64,000 nucleotides of DNA from Minisyncoccota bacterium (lineage in GTDB: Bacteria > Patescibacteriota > Minisyncoccia > Phycocordibacterales > UBA9973). Positions within the stretch are counted from its first letter, which is position 1; each line of letters starts with the position of its first letter. The position numbers were made by a program, and so were the translations under genes. A model generated the notes under the pieces. That model saw only the letters and a program-made list of their open reading frames with translations, had not been told where the DNA came from and made no database searches. Positions 37,481 to 46,852 of this stretch are shown one piece after another. Location of the stretch: positions 4,249-68,248 of the forward strand of contig JAGOTH010000001.1 in NCBI GenBank assembly GCA_018061865.1. Reading direction: 5' to 3'.

Positions 37481-37717
37481 CTAATTAACTAATTTAAGAA
37501 TTCCTATAACTACAAAAACTATACCCGCTATAAAAAACATAAACGGGAGCCAGAAAATTATAAATGAGCCCCAAAATCTAACTCTAAAGGATTTTGAAAC
37601 AATATAAGGAGGTTCGTCCTCTGCAAAATCTATTCCAGCAGTTAGGCTCTTTCTTCTTACAAAAATTGCAAGAAGAATTAAAAGTAAGCCAATTATTAAA
37701 TACCAATAAAATTCCAT
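37481..37717 (-). CDS. small membrane protein
   Basis: 78 aa, two hydrophobic helices. Confidence 0.3.
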   Translation of the reverse strand: MEFYWYLIIGLLLILLAIFVRRKSLTAGIDFAEDEPPYIVSKSFRVRFWGSFIIFWLPFMFFIAGIVFVVIGILKLVN

Positions 37718-37783
37718 ACATTTATTTTTTTATATTATATACTGAATATATAATATTGTCAATACAAAACAAAAAACGGGTTT

Positions 37784-38587
37784 TTAAACCCGCTCTCTAA
37801 TAACATCTGGAATACAAAGTATTAAGTCTTTCCAATGGGAGAATCCCTGAACCACAAAATATTCGTGTTGGAAATTTTCAATATCGTAAACAGTTGGAAT
37901 TATTTGTCTTATTGATTTTTTCATCGCTTCCTCACTTTGGCCAATCATATGCCTGGTCGGCTTTTCCGAATGAACACAATAAAGTAATTCATTCACAGAA
38001 CTCAATATCCCCGGACCGGCGCATTTCAACTGGCCATGTTCGTAAGTTAAAACAAACTCCACCAAAAACCAGAACAGAGGCGGGAGCATCTTAATTACCT
38101 CTTCTTGATAATCAAACTCTTCCGCAATTTCTCCAAAAAGCTTGAGAAGTTCTCCATATTCAGGATGATTAAGCATCGGCAGATGTCCATAGATTTCATG
38201 GAACATATCCGGCGCTGGCGTATACGTCCAGTCTTCAGCAGATCTAAAAAAATTAGTCACCGGAAACATTTTCGATGCCAATCCTGCATATAATACAGAA
38301 TCTTCCAGTGTGCCGTCGCAAACATAAATACTCCAACCTGAACTTTTGCGAAGAGTCTCGTTTACCTCTTCAAATTTTGGGATTTCTTCATTTATTCCGA
38401 GTCTTTTAAGACCGGAGATAAACGCACCGTGGGCGACAAACGGGGCCTGACGCATTTGGTTTTCAAAAAGTTTCCGCCATGTCCTCTTGTCCTGTTCGGT
38501 GTATTTGGAATAATTTTGAACTTCCGTTAAATCTCTTGAGGCTAGTTCATTAAGAAAAGAAATCGCATTGTTTCTATTAGTATTCAT
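37784..38587 (-). CDS. phhA: biopterin-dependent phenylalanine-4-hydroxylase
   Basis: Iron-binding motif PDMFHEIYGHLPML and downstream E; 267 aa catalytic core only. Confidence 0.7.
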   Translation of the reverse strand: MNTNRNNAISFLNELASRDLTEVQNYSKYTEQDKRTWRKLFENQMRQAPFVAHGAFISGLKRLGINEEIPKFEEVNETLRKSSGWSIYVCDGTLEDSVLYAGLASKMFPVTNFFRSAEDWTYTPAPDMFHEIYGHLPMLNHPEYGELLKLFGEIAEEFDYQEEVIKMLPPLFWFLVEFVLTYEHGQLKCAGPGILSSVNELLYCVHSEKPTRHMIGQSEEAMKKSIRQIIPTVYDIENFQHEYFVVQGFSHWKDLILCIPDVIRERV

Positions 38588-38669
38588 ATTGTTAATTTTG
38601 TCCCAAGATTACATAAAACCAGTCCAAATGTAAAGGAACCTTTTTCAAGGCCCCTTTGGTAAAACAAAA

Positions 38670-39083
38670 TTACTTTTTTAGTGAATCTCTTATCTCTCTG
38701 AGAAGCAGAACTTCTTCACTCGGTGAGGCTGGCGCCTCAGGAGCAACTTCCTTTTTGTGAAGCTTATTTATTGCTTTTATCATCAGGAATATTGCCAAAG
38801 CCACAATTGCGAAATCAATGATTGTTTGAATAAATGTTCCGTAATTTAAAGACACAGCTTGGATCACCTCCCCTGTGTCAGAAATACTCGCCTCTTTTAT
38901 AACTGCTGACAAATCAGTGAAATCAACTCCTCCAATCAAAACCCCAATCGGAGGCATTATCACGTCTGAAACCAAAGATGAAACGACCTTGCCAAAAGCC
39001 GATCCAATAATGACTCCAACCGCCAAATCGAGAACATTACCTCTCGTGGCGAATTCTTTAAACTCGTTGAAATATTTTTTCAT
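38670..39083 (-). CDS. mscL: large-conductance mechanosensitive channel
   Basis: [27 protein letters not shown] signature; start taken at internal MKKYFNEF. Confidence 0.85.
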   Translation of the reverse strand: MKKYFNEFKEFATRGNVLDLAVGVIIGSAFGKVVSSLVSDVIMPPIGVLIGGVDFTDLSAVIKEASISDTGEVIQAVSLNYGTFIQTIIDFAIVALAIFLMIKAINKLHKKEVAPEAPASPSEEVLLLREIRDSLKK

Positions 39084-39267
39084 ATAGGTTAGTATGATAC
39101 AGTCAAAAACATATTTCAACCACCCTTAGCCCCGACGCCCCGCTTTAGCGGGGGTACGGGGTCCCGACAAGAAAAAACTTCGTCGGGACTCAGTTTCCTC
39201 CATAGGCGGACAGGGATTAGAGCATAGATATAAAATTGGTTAAGATAGGTAGTAGTGTAAAAAATAA

Positions 39268-39341
39268 CCACCCTTAGCTCAGTTGGTTAGAGCACAGAGC
39301 TTATACCTCTGGGGTCCTTGGTTCGAATCCAAGAGGGTGGA
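39268..39341 (+). tRNA. tRNA-Ile(UAU)
   Basis: CCACCCU UA GCUC AGUUGGUUA GAGC A CAGAG CUUAUAC CUCUG GGGUC CUUGG UUCGAAU CCAAG AGGGUGG A; anticodon UAU. Confidence 0.8.
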
Positions 39342-39528
39342 CATTATAAAAAACTCAAGACATATTTGTTTTGAGTTTTTTATAATTTTACTTTGAATTG
39401 GATTCGAACGGGAAAGGGGTCGGGAAAACGGGAGTTTTCCCGTGGAGGAAAGTATTGAAAACCGAGAGGTTTTCAAAAATTACGAACAGAATGTGAGTAA
39501 TTTGTGAGACTCCAAGAGGGTGGACATT
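39342..39528 (+). repeat. ~185-bp tRNA-3'-end-associated element, copy B (downstream of tRNA-Ile)
   Basis: Terminator hairpin, TATAAT, 65-nt core GGGGUCGGGAAAAC-GGGA-GUUUUCCCGUGGAGGAAAGUAUUGAAAACCGAGAGGUUUUCAAA, GUGAGA, 17-nt duplicate of the tRNA-Ile 3' end plus flank (ccaagagggtggacatt at 39329..39345 and 39512..39528), second terminator. Confidence 0.6.
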
Positions 39529-39566
39529 GAGTCTCTAATCAAAAAACCGCTTTCGCGGTTTTTTGA

Positions 39567-41495
39567 TTAATCTACTATATCTATCGCCTCTTTACCCTCT
39601 TCTTTTTTCTTCGGTTTAATTCCGAAAGTCATTATCAATTTATTGTATTCGTCTTGTTCTAGAGTTTCTACCTCAAGAAGTTTCTTTGCAATAGCATCGA
39701 GAACTTTTCTGTTTTCTTTTATTGTCTTTCTGGCAAGCTCAAGAGAATCATTCATTATCTTTTTTACTTCTCTATCTATAACGGCAGACATTTCTTCAGA
39801 ATAATCTTTTCCTCCATCTACATATCCGTGGATTATTTTTCCTCCGTCACTCTCCAGTGCCACAGGACCAATTGCATCACTCATTCCCCATCTGGTCACC
39901 ATAGCTCGGGCAAGAGAGGTTGAAACTTGGAGATCGTTTGATGGGCCAGTTGTAACATCACCGAAAATTAACTCTTCTGCAACATATCCTCCAAGAGACA
40001 TCGCAATATCATCTAGAAATTCTTTTTTAGATTGAAGTCTTCTGTCTTCAACTGGAAGCTTGAGTGTATATCCTCCAGCACGTCCACGAGCAACAATAGA
40101 AACTTTGTGAACTGGATCAGCGTTCGGCAGAATTGAAGCAAGCACTGCGTGTCCCGCTTCGTGATACGCCGTGATTTCTTTTTCCTTTTTAATCATCAGA
40201 TGACTTTTTCTAACCGGACCGAGCATTACCTTTTCAATAGATTTCAAAAGATCGTTTTGAGAAACTGTTTTTCTGTCTTCACGAGCGGCAAGAATTGCTC
40301 CTTCGTTCATAAGAGAATATAAATCAGCACCAGAAAATCCTGGAGTTCTCTCAGCGACAACTTTCAAATCAACATCACCGGCAAAAGGTTTCTTTCGAGC
40401 ATGAATTGTAAGAATGTCTTCTCTGTCTCGACGATCTGGAAGATCAAGGATTACTCGACGGTCAAATCTTCCTGGTCGAAGAAGTGCTGGATCAAGAACA
40501 TCACTTCTGTTTGTCGCCGCCATAACAATAACTTTCTCGTTTGGCTCGAATCCATCCATCTCAACGAGTATCTGGTTTAGAGTTTGTTCTCTTTCATCGT
40601 TTCCTCCACCAATTCCACTTCCTCTCACTCGTCCAACAGCATCTATCTCATCAATGAAAACGATTGCGGGAGAGGCTTTCTTGGCCATCTGGAACAAGTC
40701 TCTCACTCGAGACGCTCCCACTCCAACAAACATTTCTACGAATTCACTTCCTGACAAGTGGAAGAACGGAACACCCGCTTCTCCCGCCACCGCTCGAGCA
40801 AGTAAAGTTTTTCCAGTTCCTGGAGCTCCAGTTAGAATCACTCCTTTTGGAATACGAGCTCCAATATCAATAAATTTTTTCGGATTTTTCAAAAAATCTA
40901 CAATTTCTTTCAATTCTTCTTTTGCCTCTCTTGCACCGGCGACATCTTTGAAAGTAACTCGATTATTTTTGTCATTTGGATTTGTTATTCGAGCACGAGA
41001 TTGTCCAAAGTTAAAAGCCTGCATTCCAGCTCCTTTAGCTTGTCGGGCGATAAACCAGAAAAAGAAAACCAAGAAAAGAATTGGAATAAGAATTGGAAGT
41101 AGATTGAGTATCCAGTATCCAACACCTGATTCACTTTTTATTCCAACCTCAACTAGAGACAACTTTTCATCCGTTACTCCTAGATTTTTCAAAGACTCAA
41201 GAACTCCGCTCTCTGCTTCTTTCTTGCTCTCTTGAAGAGATCCGTCCATTAGCTCAATAGAAATCTTTTCTCCTTCAACTTCTACCTTCTTCACTTGGCC
41301 GAGATTTATTTCAGACGCTAGAGTAGAGAGAGGTATTTCTGTCTTTTCCACCTTGTCCCCTGTGATTGTGTAAATAGCCGAAAGAGCCATAAAAATAAGA
41401 ACAATAAATGTGAAGTGAGTGAAAAAGGAAGGTGTTTTGTTATTGTTTCCTCCCTTTTTCCCCATTTTTTTGTTTTTCTTTAAGAAGTTATCCAT
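39567..41495 (-). CDS. ftsH: ATP-dependent zinc metalloprotease FtsH
   Basis: N-terminal TMs, AAA Walker [17 protein letters not shown] zinc motif; 642 aa. Confidence 0.9.
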   Translation of the reverse strand: MDNFLKKNKKMGKKGGNNNKTPSFFTHFTFIVLIFMALSAIYTITGDKVEKTEIPLSTLASEINLGQVKKVEVEGEKISIELMDGSLQESKKEAESGVLESLKNLGVTDEKLSLVEVGIKSESGVGYWILNLLPILIPILFLVFFFWFIARQAKGAGMQAFNFGQSRARITNPNDKNNRVTFKDVAGAREAKEELKEIVDFLKNPKKFIDIGARIPKGVILTGAPGTGKTLLARAVAGEAGVPFFHLSGSEFVEMFVGVGASRVRDLFQMAKKASPAIVFIDEIDAVGRVRGSGIGGGNDEREQTLNQILVEMDGFEPNEKVIVMAATNRSDVLDPALLRPGRFDRRVILDLPDRRDREDILTIHARKKPFAGDVDLKVVAERTPGFSGADLYSLMNEGAILAAREDRKTVSQNDLLKSIEKVMLGPVRKSHLMIKKEKEITAYHEAGHAVLASILPNADPVHKVSIVARGRAGGYTLKLPVEDRRLQSKKEFLDDIAMSLGGYVAEELIFGDVTTGPSNDLQVSTSLARAMVTRWGMSDAIGPVALESDGGKIIHGYVDGGKDYSEEMSAVIDREVKKIMNDSLELARKTIKENRKVLDAIAKKLLEVETLEQDEYNKLIMTFGIKPKKKEEGKEAIDIVD

Positions 41496-41550
41496 TGGTA
41501 GAATTATACATAAAAACCAGCTTTTTAAAAGACTATGTTAAAATTAGTTT

Positions 41551-42147
41551 ATGACAAAAAAATACTCCAAATCTAAAAAAATATTAATTCTCCTCGTTTT
41601 ACTTGTAGTTGTTTATTTTATATTTCTAAACAAAGAAAAAGCACCTAAAGAAATAGGCACCAACGGCCCTTCCTCTCTTCCAGCAGAAGAAGACACCGAC
41701 AAAGCCTTGTTCGAAAAAATATCAAACGCAAAAATATCTGTCCCTGACCAAAATGCAGAAGTAGAACTAGAAGAAGGTTACGGAGAATTCCAAATAGAAG
41801 AAACAACGGTTGAGGGATTCGTTAGCCTAGAAAATGTTTATACAGTAGTAGAGATGGGTGGTGAAAAAAATCTTTTTGGAGTTGCGTCTGTCTCTCCGGG
41901 AGGAAGTGGAGTTTTTCAATACTTGGTTTGGTATAAAGAATCTGGAAAAGAAATCACTACCGTATCGTCTATATTTTTTGGCGATAGAACAGCAATAGAC
42001 AAAATCTCCACAAAACAAGTTGGGGCTGAAATAGAAATCACACTAGAAACTCGTGAAAGAAAAGAGGACGAACCGATGACAGAAGAACCAACTGTAAAAA
42101 AGACCAGAGTATTTAAAACATCTGGAAACACTATTATAGAAATCTAA
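41551..42147 (+). CDS. membrane-anchored hypothetical protein
   Basis: N-terminal TM (ILILLVLLVVVYFIF); acidic extracytoplasmic domain. Confidence 0.4.
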   Translation: MTKKYSKSKKILILLVLLVVVYFIFLNKEKAPKEIGTNGPSSLPAEEDTDKALFEKISNAKISVPDQNAEVELEEGYGEFQIEETTVEGFVSLENVYTVVEMGGEKNLFGVASVSPGGSGVFQYLVWYKESGKEITTVSSIFFGDRTAIDKISTKQVGAEIEITLETRERKEDEPMTEEPTVKKTRVFKTSGNTIIEI

Positions 42148-42830
42148 GTATTTTCGTTTAGCTTCTTTATAAACTCACTCACCTCTCCTCCGAGAAGCTC
42201 TAAGTTCGGCACGACGCAGTGTCCCCCGATTTTTCCTTCAACATGCTTTAAAATATATTTTTTATATTCTGGATGTCCTAACTTCTCATATCCTTCGTTG
42301 TATGACTGGTTTGATTTCGTATAAACAACATCGAAATCTACATTATTGTCTACACAATATTTATGAATTATTTTTTCCAGAATAATATTCCAACCATAAA
42401 CAGTTGTATCCCACAGTTTCATTGCTTCAGTATCGCGAGAATTTTTTGTAACAATAGTTTTTATTCCGTGTGCTTCAAAAATCTTTGAAGCCTCTTCTGC
42501 TTTTTCTCCACCAAAAAATTTCTCAAAAGTTAAAATGCCTTCTTTCAGGTACGGATGAATTCCTCTTACTGGTGAGTGAACCGCGCCAAGAGTCTCACTT
42601 GTGCCAACTGGAACAGTTGAGTGAATTATTGTTATTTCTGGGGTAAATCTATCTTGGTAACCCTTAACTGTTTCGACAAAGGAATCAGAAAAAGGAATAG
42701 AAATATGCAAAACATCATAATGAGAAGCCAATCCGTCTTGGTTATTTAGATCCAGTCCGTCTCCCCCAACAATCTCTCTAATAGCGGAGCCAATCTGCCC
42801 GAGCCCTATAGTTAAATGAGTTTTTTCCAT
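42144..42830 (-). CDS. NAD(P)-binding Rossmann-fold protein (oxidoreductase-like)
   Basis: N-terminal IGLGQIGSAI dinucleotide-binding motif; family not resolved. Confidence 0.35.
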   Translation of the reverse strand: MEKTHLTIGLGQIGSAIREIVGGDGLDLNNQDGLASHYDVLHISIPFSDSFVETVKGYQDRFTPEITIIHSTVPVGTSETLGAVHSPVRGIHPYLKEGILTFEKFFGGEKAEEASKIFEAHGIKTIVTKNSRDTEAMKLWDTTVYGWNIILEKIIHKYCVDNNVDFDVVYTKSNQSYNEGYEKLGHPEYKKYILKHVEGKIGGHCVVPNLELLGGEVSEFIKKLNENT

Positions 42831-42890
42831 TCGGGTATTCTAACATAAAATAAAAGTGATTTTATTTGACACCCATACATTCAGGCGGTA

Positions 42891-43343
42891 GTGTTAAGAA
42901 AAACTAAAACATTGAAAAAACAAAGGTATCGCAAGGAAGTGGTAGACAGAATTCTCTGGGAAAATACAATTTATTGGGAAAAGTTTTTTAAAGACTACGC
43001 AACAAGAACAGGAAATAAATTTTTCATTCCTAAAAAAAGAAGAAATGGGGATCTAACAATGCTTTGTCCTATTCACAAAGAGCGAACACCATCTCTTAGA
43101 GTGAATGCTAGAACAAATATTTGTAAATGCTTTGGTTGTGGGTTTAGTGGGAACTTCCTTACTTTATTACAAAGAGTATATGATATTTCTTTCATTGAAG
43201 CTTTAGAGATGGCTTTCAAAATGAAAGATTTTATAAATGAGGATTTCAATCCTCTACAGTTAAAAATAACTTTCCACCGAGACTTACCAGCCATAACTTC
43301 TTCTTATCGCGAAAACGAAGAATCTGATGGTCTGCCTTTTTAA
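42891..43343 (+). CDS. CHC2 zinc-finger (primase-type) domain protein
   Basis: CPIHKERTPSLRVNARTNICKCFGCGFSGN matches the DnaG/TraC CHC2 zinc-binding domain; no TOPRIM follows; terminator AATCCCGAAGTTCGGGATTTTTT. Confidence 0.6.
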   Translation: MLRKTKTLKKQRYRKEVVDRILWENTIYWEKFFKDYATRTGNKFFIPKKRRNGDLTMLCPIHKERTPSLRVNARTNICKCFGCGFSGNFLTLLQRVYDISFIEALEMAFKMKDFINEDFNPLQLKITFHRDLPAITSSYRENEESDGLPF

Positions 43344-43535
43344 TCCCGAAGTTCGGGATTTTTTATTTAAATAAAAAGGCCCGCCTCTTTCAAGGCGAGC
43401 TTTACAGTTACTGCGAATTCCTAAGCCATTTCCCTATTGCTAGCCCACAGGGATGGATTACTATATCCAGAAACCTCTGAATACTTTGGAAACAGTAGAA
43501 ACAATATAGATTAAATTAACAAAAATGCAAGGAGG

Positions 43536-43775
43536 TTATGTGATGTGTTTTTTGGTGAAGGCGTGGCCGGAAGAAGATTTTAGATATTTTTCAAAATCAT
43601 AAGCTTTATACTTATCTAAAAAAGCACAATACCATATTAATTTAAATGGGGCTTTGCTTTTATTTGATTTGGTCTCAAGATTATTATGTTCGGCAATTCT
43701 GTTTTTTAAATCTTTTGTAATGCCAATATATCTTGAGTCATCTTTGAGGCTCTTTAATATGTAAACATAGTACAT
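43536..43775 (-). CDS. GIY-YIG nuclease family protein (YhbQ-like)
   Basis: YYVYILKSLKDDSRYIGITKDLKNRIAEHN; start at internal MYYVY; directly 3' of ssrA. Confidence 0.75.
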   Translation of the reverse strand: MYYVYILKSLKDDSRYIGITKDLKNRIAEHNNLETKSNKSKAPFKLIWYCAFLDKYKAYDFEKYLKSSSGHAFTKKHIT

Positions 43776-43901
43776 ATGAATAATTATACCCCACTCCGCC
43801 AAGGCTTCGCGGGGTCCACCACTTCAAACTTTACAAGTTTTCGCGTGCTTCGCACCGCGAAACTAAAACACTCAACCTTTAAGTTGAGTGTTTTAGTGAA
43901 G

Positions 43902-44286
43902 TGGTGGAGATGGGCGGAATTGAACCGCCGTGCAAAGAGGAACAAAATAATAATCTACATGTTTAACAAATTTTTTTGTTTTAAGTTAGAGTGATATATA
44001 AATTTGTAAAAATCACTCTCCCCGATCTCATTTTCTCGACTCTGTGTTGAGCGACACAAAATCATAGTTTCTATTTATAACACCTTACTTCTTCCAAGAA
44101 ACCAGAAAAAAGAGGCGCTAACCATAGCTTAAAAGCTTACGCTAGAGCGAAGGCCTTACTTGCGTAAGGGCTCTCCACTGATCCAAATGTTTTTGCATTT
44201 GAGATTTTGTATAGTTTTTAACGGGCTCCATACTCCCCGACATGCAACTATTCTGAACAATCTCCCTGTCGATGCCTAGCATCCCC
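43902..44286 (-). ncRNA. ssrA: tmRNA (ssrA)
   Basis: 5' GGGGAUGCUAGGCAUCGACAGGG; 3' GGCGGUUCAAUUCCGCC CAUCUCC ACCA with G3.U70 wobble in the acceptor stem; candidate tag ORF ending ...KAFALA-UAA; terminator hairpin immediately 3'. Confidence 0.8.
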
Positions 44287-44379
44287 ATAAGGTAGTTTTA
44301 AGTTTATAGTTTCAAGTTTTTAGAAAAGATTTTTGGCCCTCTCTATAAACTGACAACTTTAAACTACAAACTATTTGTT

Positions 44380-44820
44380 CTATCTTTTAAATGTTCTACG
44401 AATTTCTCGCTCTGTTTCGCGTTTTTTTATTGTCTCTCGTTTGTCGTATTTTTTCTTTCCACGAGCAACCGCAATTTCTAGCTTAATTTTCGTTCCTTTA
44501 TTATACAACGAAACAGGCACTATCGTCAATCCTTTCTCTCCGGCCTTGCCTTCGAGCTTTTTAATCTCACTCTTAGAAAGTAGTAGTTTTCTGGTCTTAT
44601 CCTGCTCATAACCTTTGGGAGTATTCTTGGGCTGATAAGGCTGAATTGTCGCCCCAACTATGTAAGCCTCTCCTCCTCTTAATATCACTTGAGAGCCGAT
44701 AATAGAGACCTTTCCACCTCTTATAGACTTAACTTCTGCGCCAGAAAGCACAATACCCGCCTCGGTCTTATCCAGGATCTCATAGTCAAAGAAGGCTTTC
44801 TTGTTTTCGGCATAATTCAT
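44380..44820 (-). CDS. smpB: SsrA-binding protein SmpB
   Basis: 146 aa SmpB with basic C-terminal tail; immediately upstream of ssrA. Confidence 0.9.
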   Translation of the reverse strand: MNYAENKKAFFDYEILDKTEAGIVLSGAEVKSIRGGKVSIIGSQVILRGGEAYIVGATIQPYQPKNTPKGYEQDKTRKLLLSKSEIKKLEGKAGEKGLTIVPVSLYNKGTKIKLEIAVARGKKKYDKRETIKKRETEREIRRTFKR

Positions 44821-44920
44821 TACCTAAAAAGTATCGCAAATAAGGGCTATTTTGGGAAATCATGAGCTATTTACAAAAGCAAATAGGTGTGATATAATAA
44901 ACCCAAATGATCATTAAATT

Positions 44921-45727
44921 ATGGAACGAAAATTTCAAATCGAACTTTTTCGTATGGACGGGAGTCCTGTTACGAAAAAACAGGTTGAGGCCCTGAAACC
45001 TGGAGACAGGTTGGATTACCTCATTGGAAGCGAACTTCCCCTTTATGGCTACTTTGCCAAGGGAAAGACTTTTCAAAATTTGTTTGTTAAGCAAAACAAA
45101 CAACTTTCAGGCTTTCTTTTGGTTGGTTGTCCTGCGCCAGACTCAGACCATATCACTGTTTGTGAGTTCAATCGCGGACTTATCAACGGATTCGAGGTTG
45201 CATTAACGCACTTCGACGGAAGAACCGAACTGATCGTGTACCCGGCATGGCAAGCAGCATTTTCGGGTAATCGCCAAAACATCAAAATTAATGGCGTAAC
45301 CTTTGAAGGTTTGGTTAACGGTTTAAAAGGATTTATTTTCCACAACATCAGCCGAATCCCGACTGAGCCGTGGAATATTAAATTCCACCCTTACCAAAAA
45401 ACTACCGCCGGGAAAAAAATGAAAGCTGATGAAATCTTTATTCAGAGGTTTAAACCTCACACCGGTTTCGGAACGGCCCTAACGAAGTGGGGGAAAAGAA
45501 TTATGCTCGACCACAAATCGATTGCAGATATTTTCTCCCTAAAAGAAGGCTCCTGTGTTCCGGCAACAATTACAAAATTGCAAGAGGAAACCAAACACGG
45601 GATTACCCACAGTGCAATAATAGGAGCAACGACTGCACCGAAAATGGCACATCAGGACAAACTTCCGGTAAAAACCCTTGGTGAGATATTCGACCTCTCA
45701 AAATTAAAAGGTAAAATTGCCATTTAA
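44921..45727 (+). CDS. hypothetical protein
   Basis: 268 aa, no recognised motif, higher GC than neighbours. Confidence 0.35.
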   Translation: MERKFQIELFRMDGSPVTKKQVEALKPGDRLDYLIGSELPLYGYFAKGKTFQNLFVKQNKQLSGFLLVGCPAPDSDHITVCEFNRGLINGFEVALTHFDGRTELIVYPAWQAAFSGNRQNIKINGVTFEGLVNGLKGFIFHNISRIPTEPWNIKFHPYQKTTAGKKMKADEIFIQRFKPHTGFGTALTKWGKRIMLDHKSIADIFSLKEGSCVPATITKLQEETKHGITHSAIIGATTAPKMAHQDKLPVKTLGEIFDLSKLKGKIAI

Positions 45728-45756
45728 AGTTACTGATCAGCAAATTGATCATGACG

Positions 45757-45800
45757 AGCCCACACAAAGTTTCGAAAGAAATGGCGTGTGGGTTTTTTTA
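45757..45800 (+). repeat. CCCACAC...GTGTGGG palindromic hairpin repeat, copy 4 (terminator)
   Basis: gagcccacacaaag-loop-ggcgtgtggg ttttttt. Confidence 0.55.
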
Positions 45801-45859
45801 TTCCCCGAAAAGCTCTTTAAAATAACTAGTTTCCTTTTTATAAAACCTACCAGATCTCT

Positions 45860-46060
45860 AATCGCCTTATCTTCTTGTAATCATATAAACCAGTAAAAAT
45901 CGACGCTCCGAAGGAAAAATCAATCTGTTTGAGCTCTGCGAGTTATTGATTTTAGTCGATTTTTACTTCGTGAATATTTACAAGAAGATATCGGCGAAAA
46001 GTTTTTGGATACTTTTTCAAAAAAGTATCAATAATATGGGTTTGACTAAACCCCCGTTTT
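45860..46060 (+). promoter_or_regulatory. infC-rpmI-rplT leader: long imperfect inverted repeat plus terminator-like hairpin (possible L20-type attenuator)
   Basis: arms tcgccttatcttcttgtaa...gtaaaaatcgac...aaaatcaat // attgatttt...gtcgatttttac...ttacaagaagatatcggcga; then GGGTTTGACTAAACCC CCGTTTTT ~40 nt before the infC start. Confidence 0.35.
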
Positions 46061-46096
46061 TAGATACAATGAGCACCTAACAAATCAACTAAATTC

Positions 46097-46633
46097 TTGA
46101 AAGAACGCGTAAACAAAGAAATAAGAGCGACAGAACTCCGTGTCATAGGGCCTGAAGGTGAGAATTTTGGGGTTATTTCCTTTAAAGAAGCTCTCGAAAA
46201 AGCTGAAGCTCTCGGACTAGATCTAATTGAAGTAGGCGCTGGAGCTACTCCCCCAGTTGCCAAGATTGCTGATTTTGGAAAATATCAATACGAACAAAAG
46301 AAAAAAGCTAAATCAATAAAAACAGCAAAACCAACTGAAACAAAAGCAGTTCAAATAAAAATTGGAACTGGTGACCACGATCTAGAAATGAAAGCAACAC
46401 TTGCTTCAAAGTGGTTATCTGAGGGACACAGAATAAAAATAGAACTTTATCTATCTGGTAGATCAAAATACTTCGAAGAAAAATTTTTCAAAGAAAGACT
46501 TGAAAGAGTTCTAAAATTTATCACTGTTCCCTACAAGATTTCGGAGGATTTCAAGAAAAGTACCAAGGGTTACGGTATGACTATCGAGAAGGCTAAGGCG
46601 GTTGACCTAAATTTGCCAAAAAGAGAAGAATAG
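46097..46633 (+). CDS. infC: translation initiation factor IF-3
   Basis: Non-AUG start (UUG) typical of infC; KEIRATELRVIGPEGENFGV... Confidence 0.85.
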   Translation: MKERVNKEIRATELRVIGPEGENFGVISFKEALEKAEALGLDLIEVGAGATPPVAKIADFGKYQYEQKKKAKSIKTAKPTETKAVQIKIGTGDHDLEMKATLASKWLSEGHRIKIELYLSGRSKYFEEKFFKERLERVLKFITVPYKISEDFKKSTKGYGMTIEKAKAVDLNLPKREE

Positions 46634-46650
46634 GCTAATATACAAGGACT

Positions 46651-46842
46651 ATGACGATGAAGACAAACAAGTCTTTTACCAAAAGGCTAAAAATAACTAA
46701 GAACGGCAAGCTTATCGGAAGAAAGCCCGGTTTTAGCCATTTCAACGCTAAACAGGACAGAAGAAAGCAACTAGCTGGAAACAGAGGGGTTGAGTTCGTT
46801 TTGCCTAATAAAGAGAGAAGTCGCGTATTACCTGGAAGATAA
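46651..46842 (+). CDS. rpmI: 50S ribosomal protein L35
   Basis: PKMKTNKSFTKRLKITKNGK-type L35. Confidence 0.85.
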   Translation: MTMKTNKSFTKRLKITKNGKLIGRKPGFSHFNAKQDRRKQLAGNRGVEFVLPNKERSRVLPGR

Positions 46843-46852
46843 TTTTTAATAT

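Noticed and set aside
39395-39425. tRNA T-arm-like GGATTCGAACGGG within the element core, as a tRNA gene
   Set aside because: No matching acceptor, D-arm or anticodon arm can be built on either strand.
43790-43830. Second tRNA-like or tmRNA-like 3' end (UCCACCA) on the plus strand near 43818
   Set aside because: Only the 11-nt terminus is present (inverted copy); no T-arm or acceptor partner.
45860-45995. Transposon or MITE terminal inverted repeats
   Set aside because: The arms are contiguous (hairpin-like, no internal cargo) and sit exactly in the infC leader; a regulatory RNA structure is more plausible.
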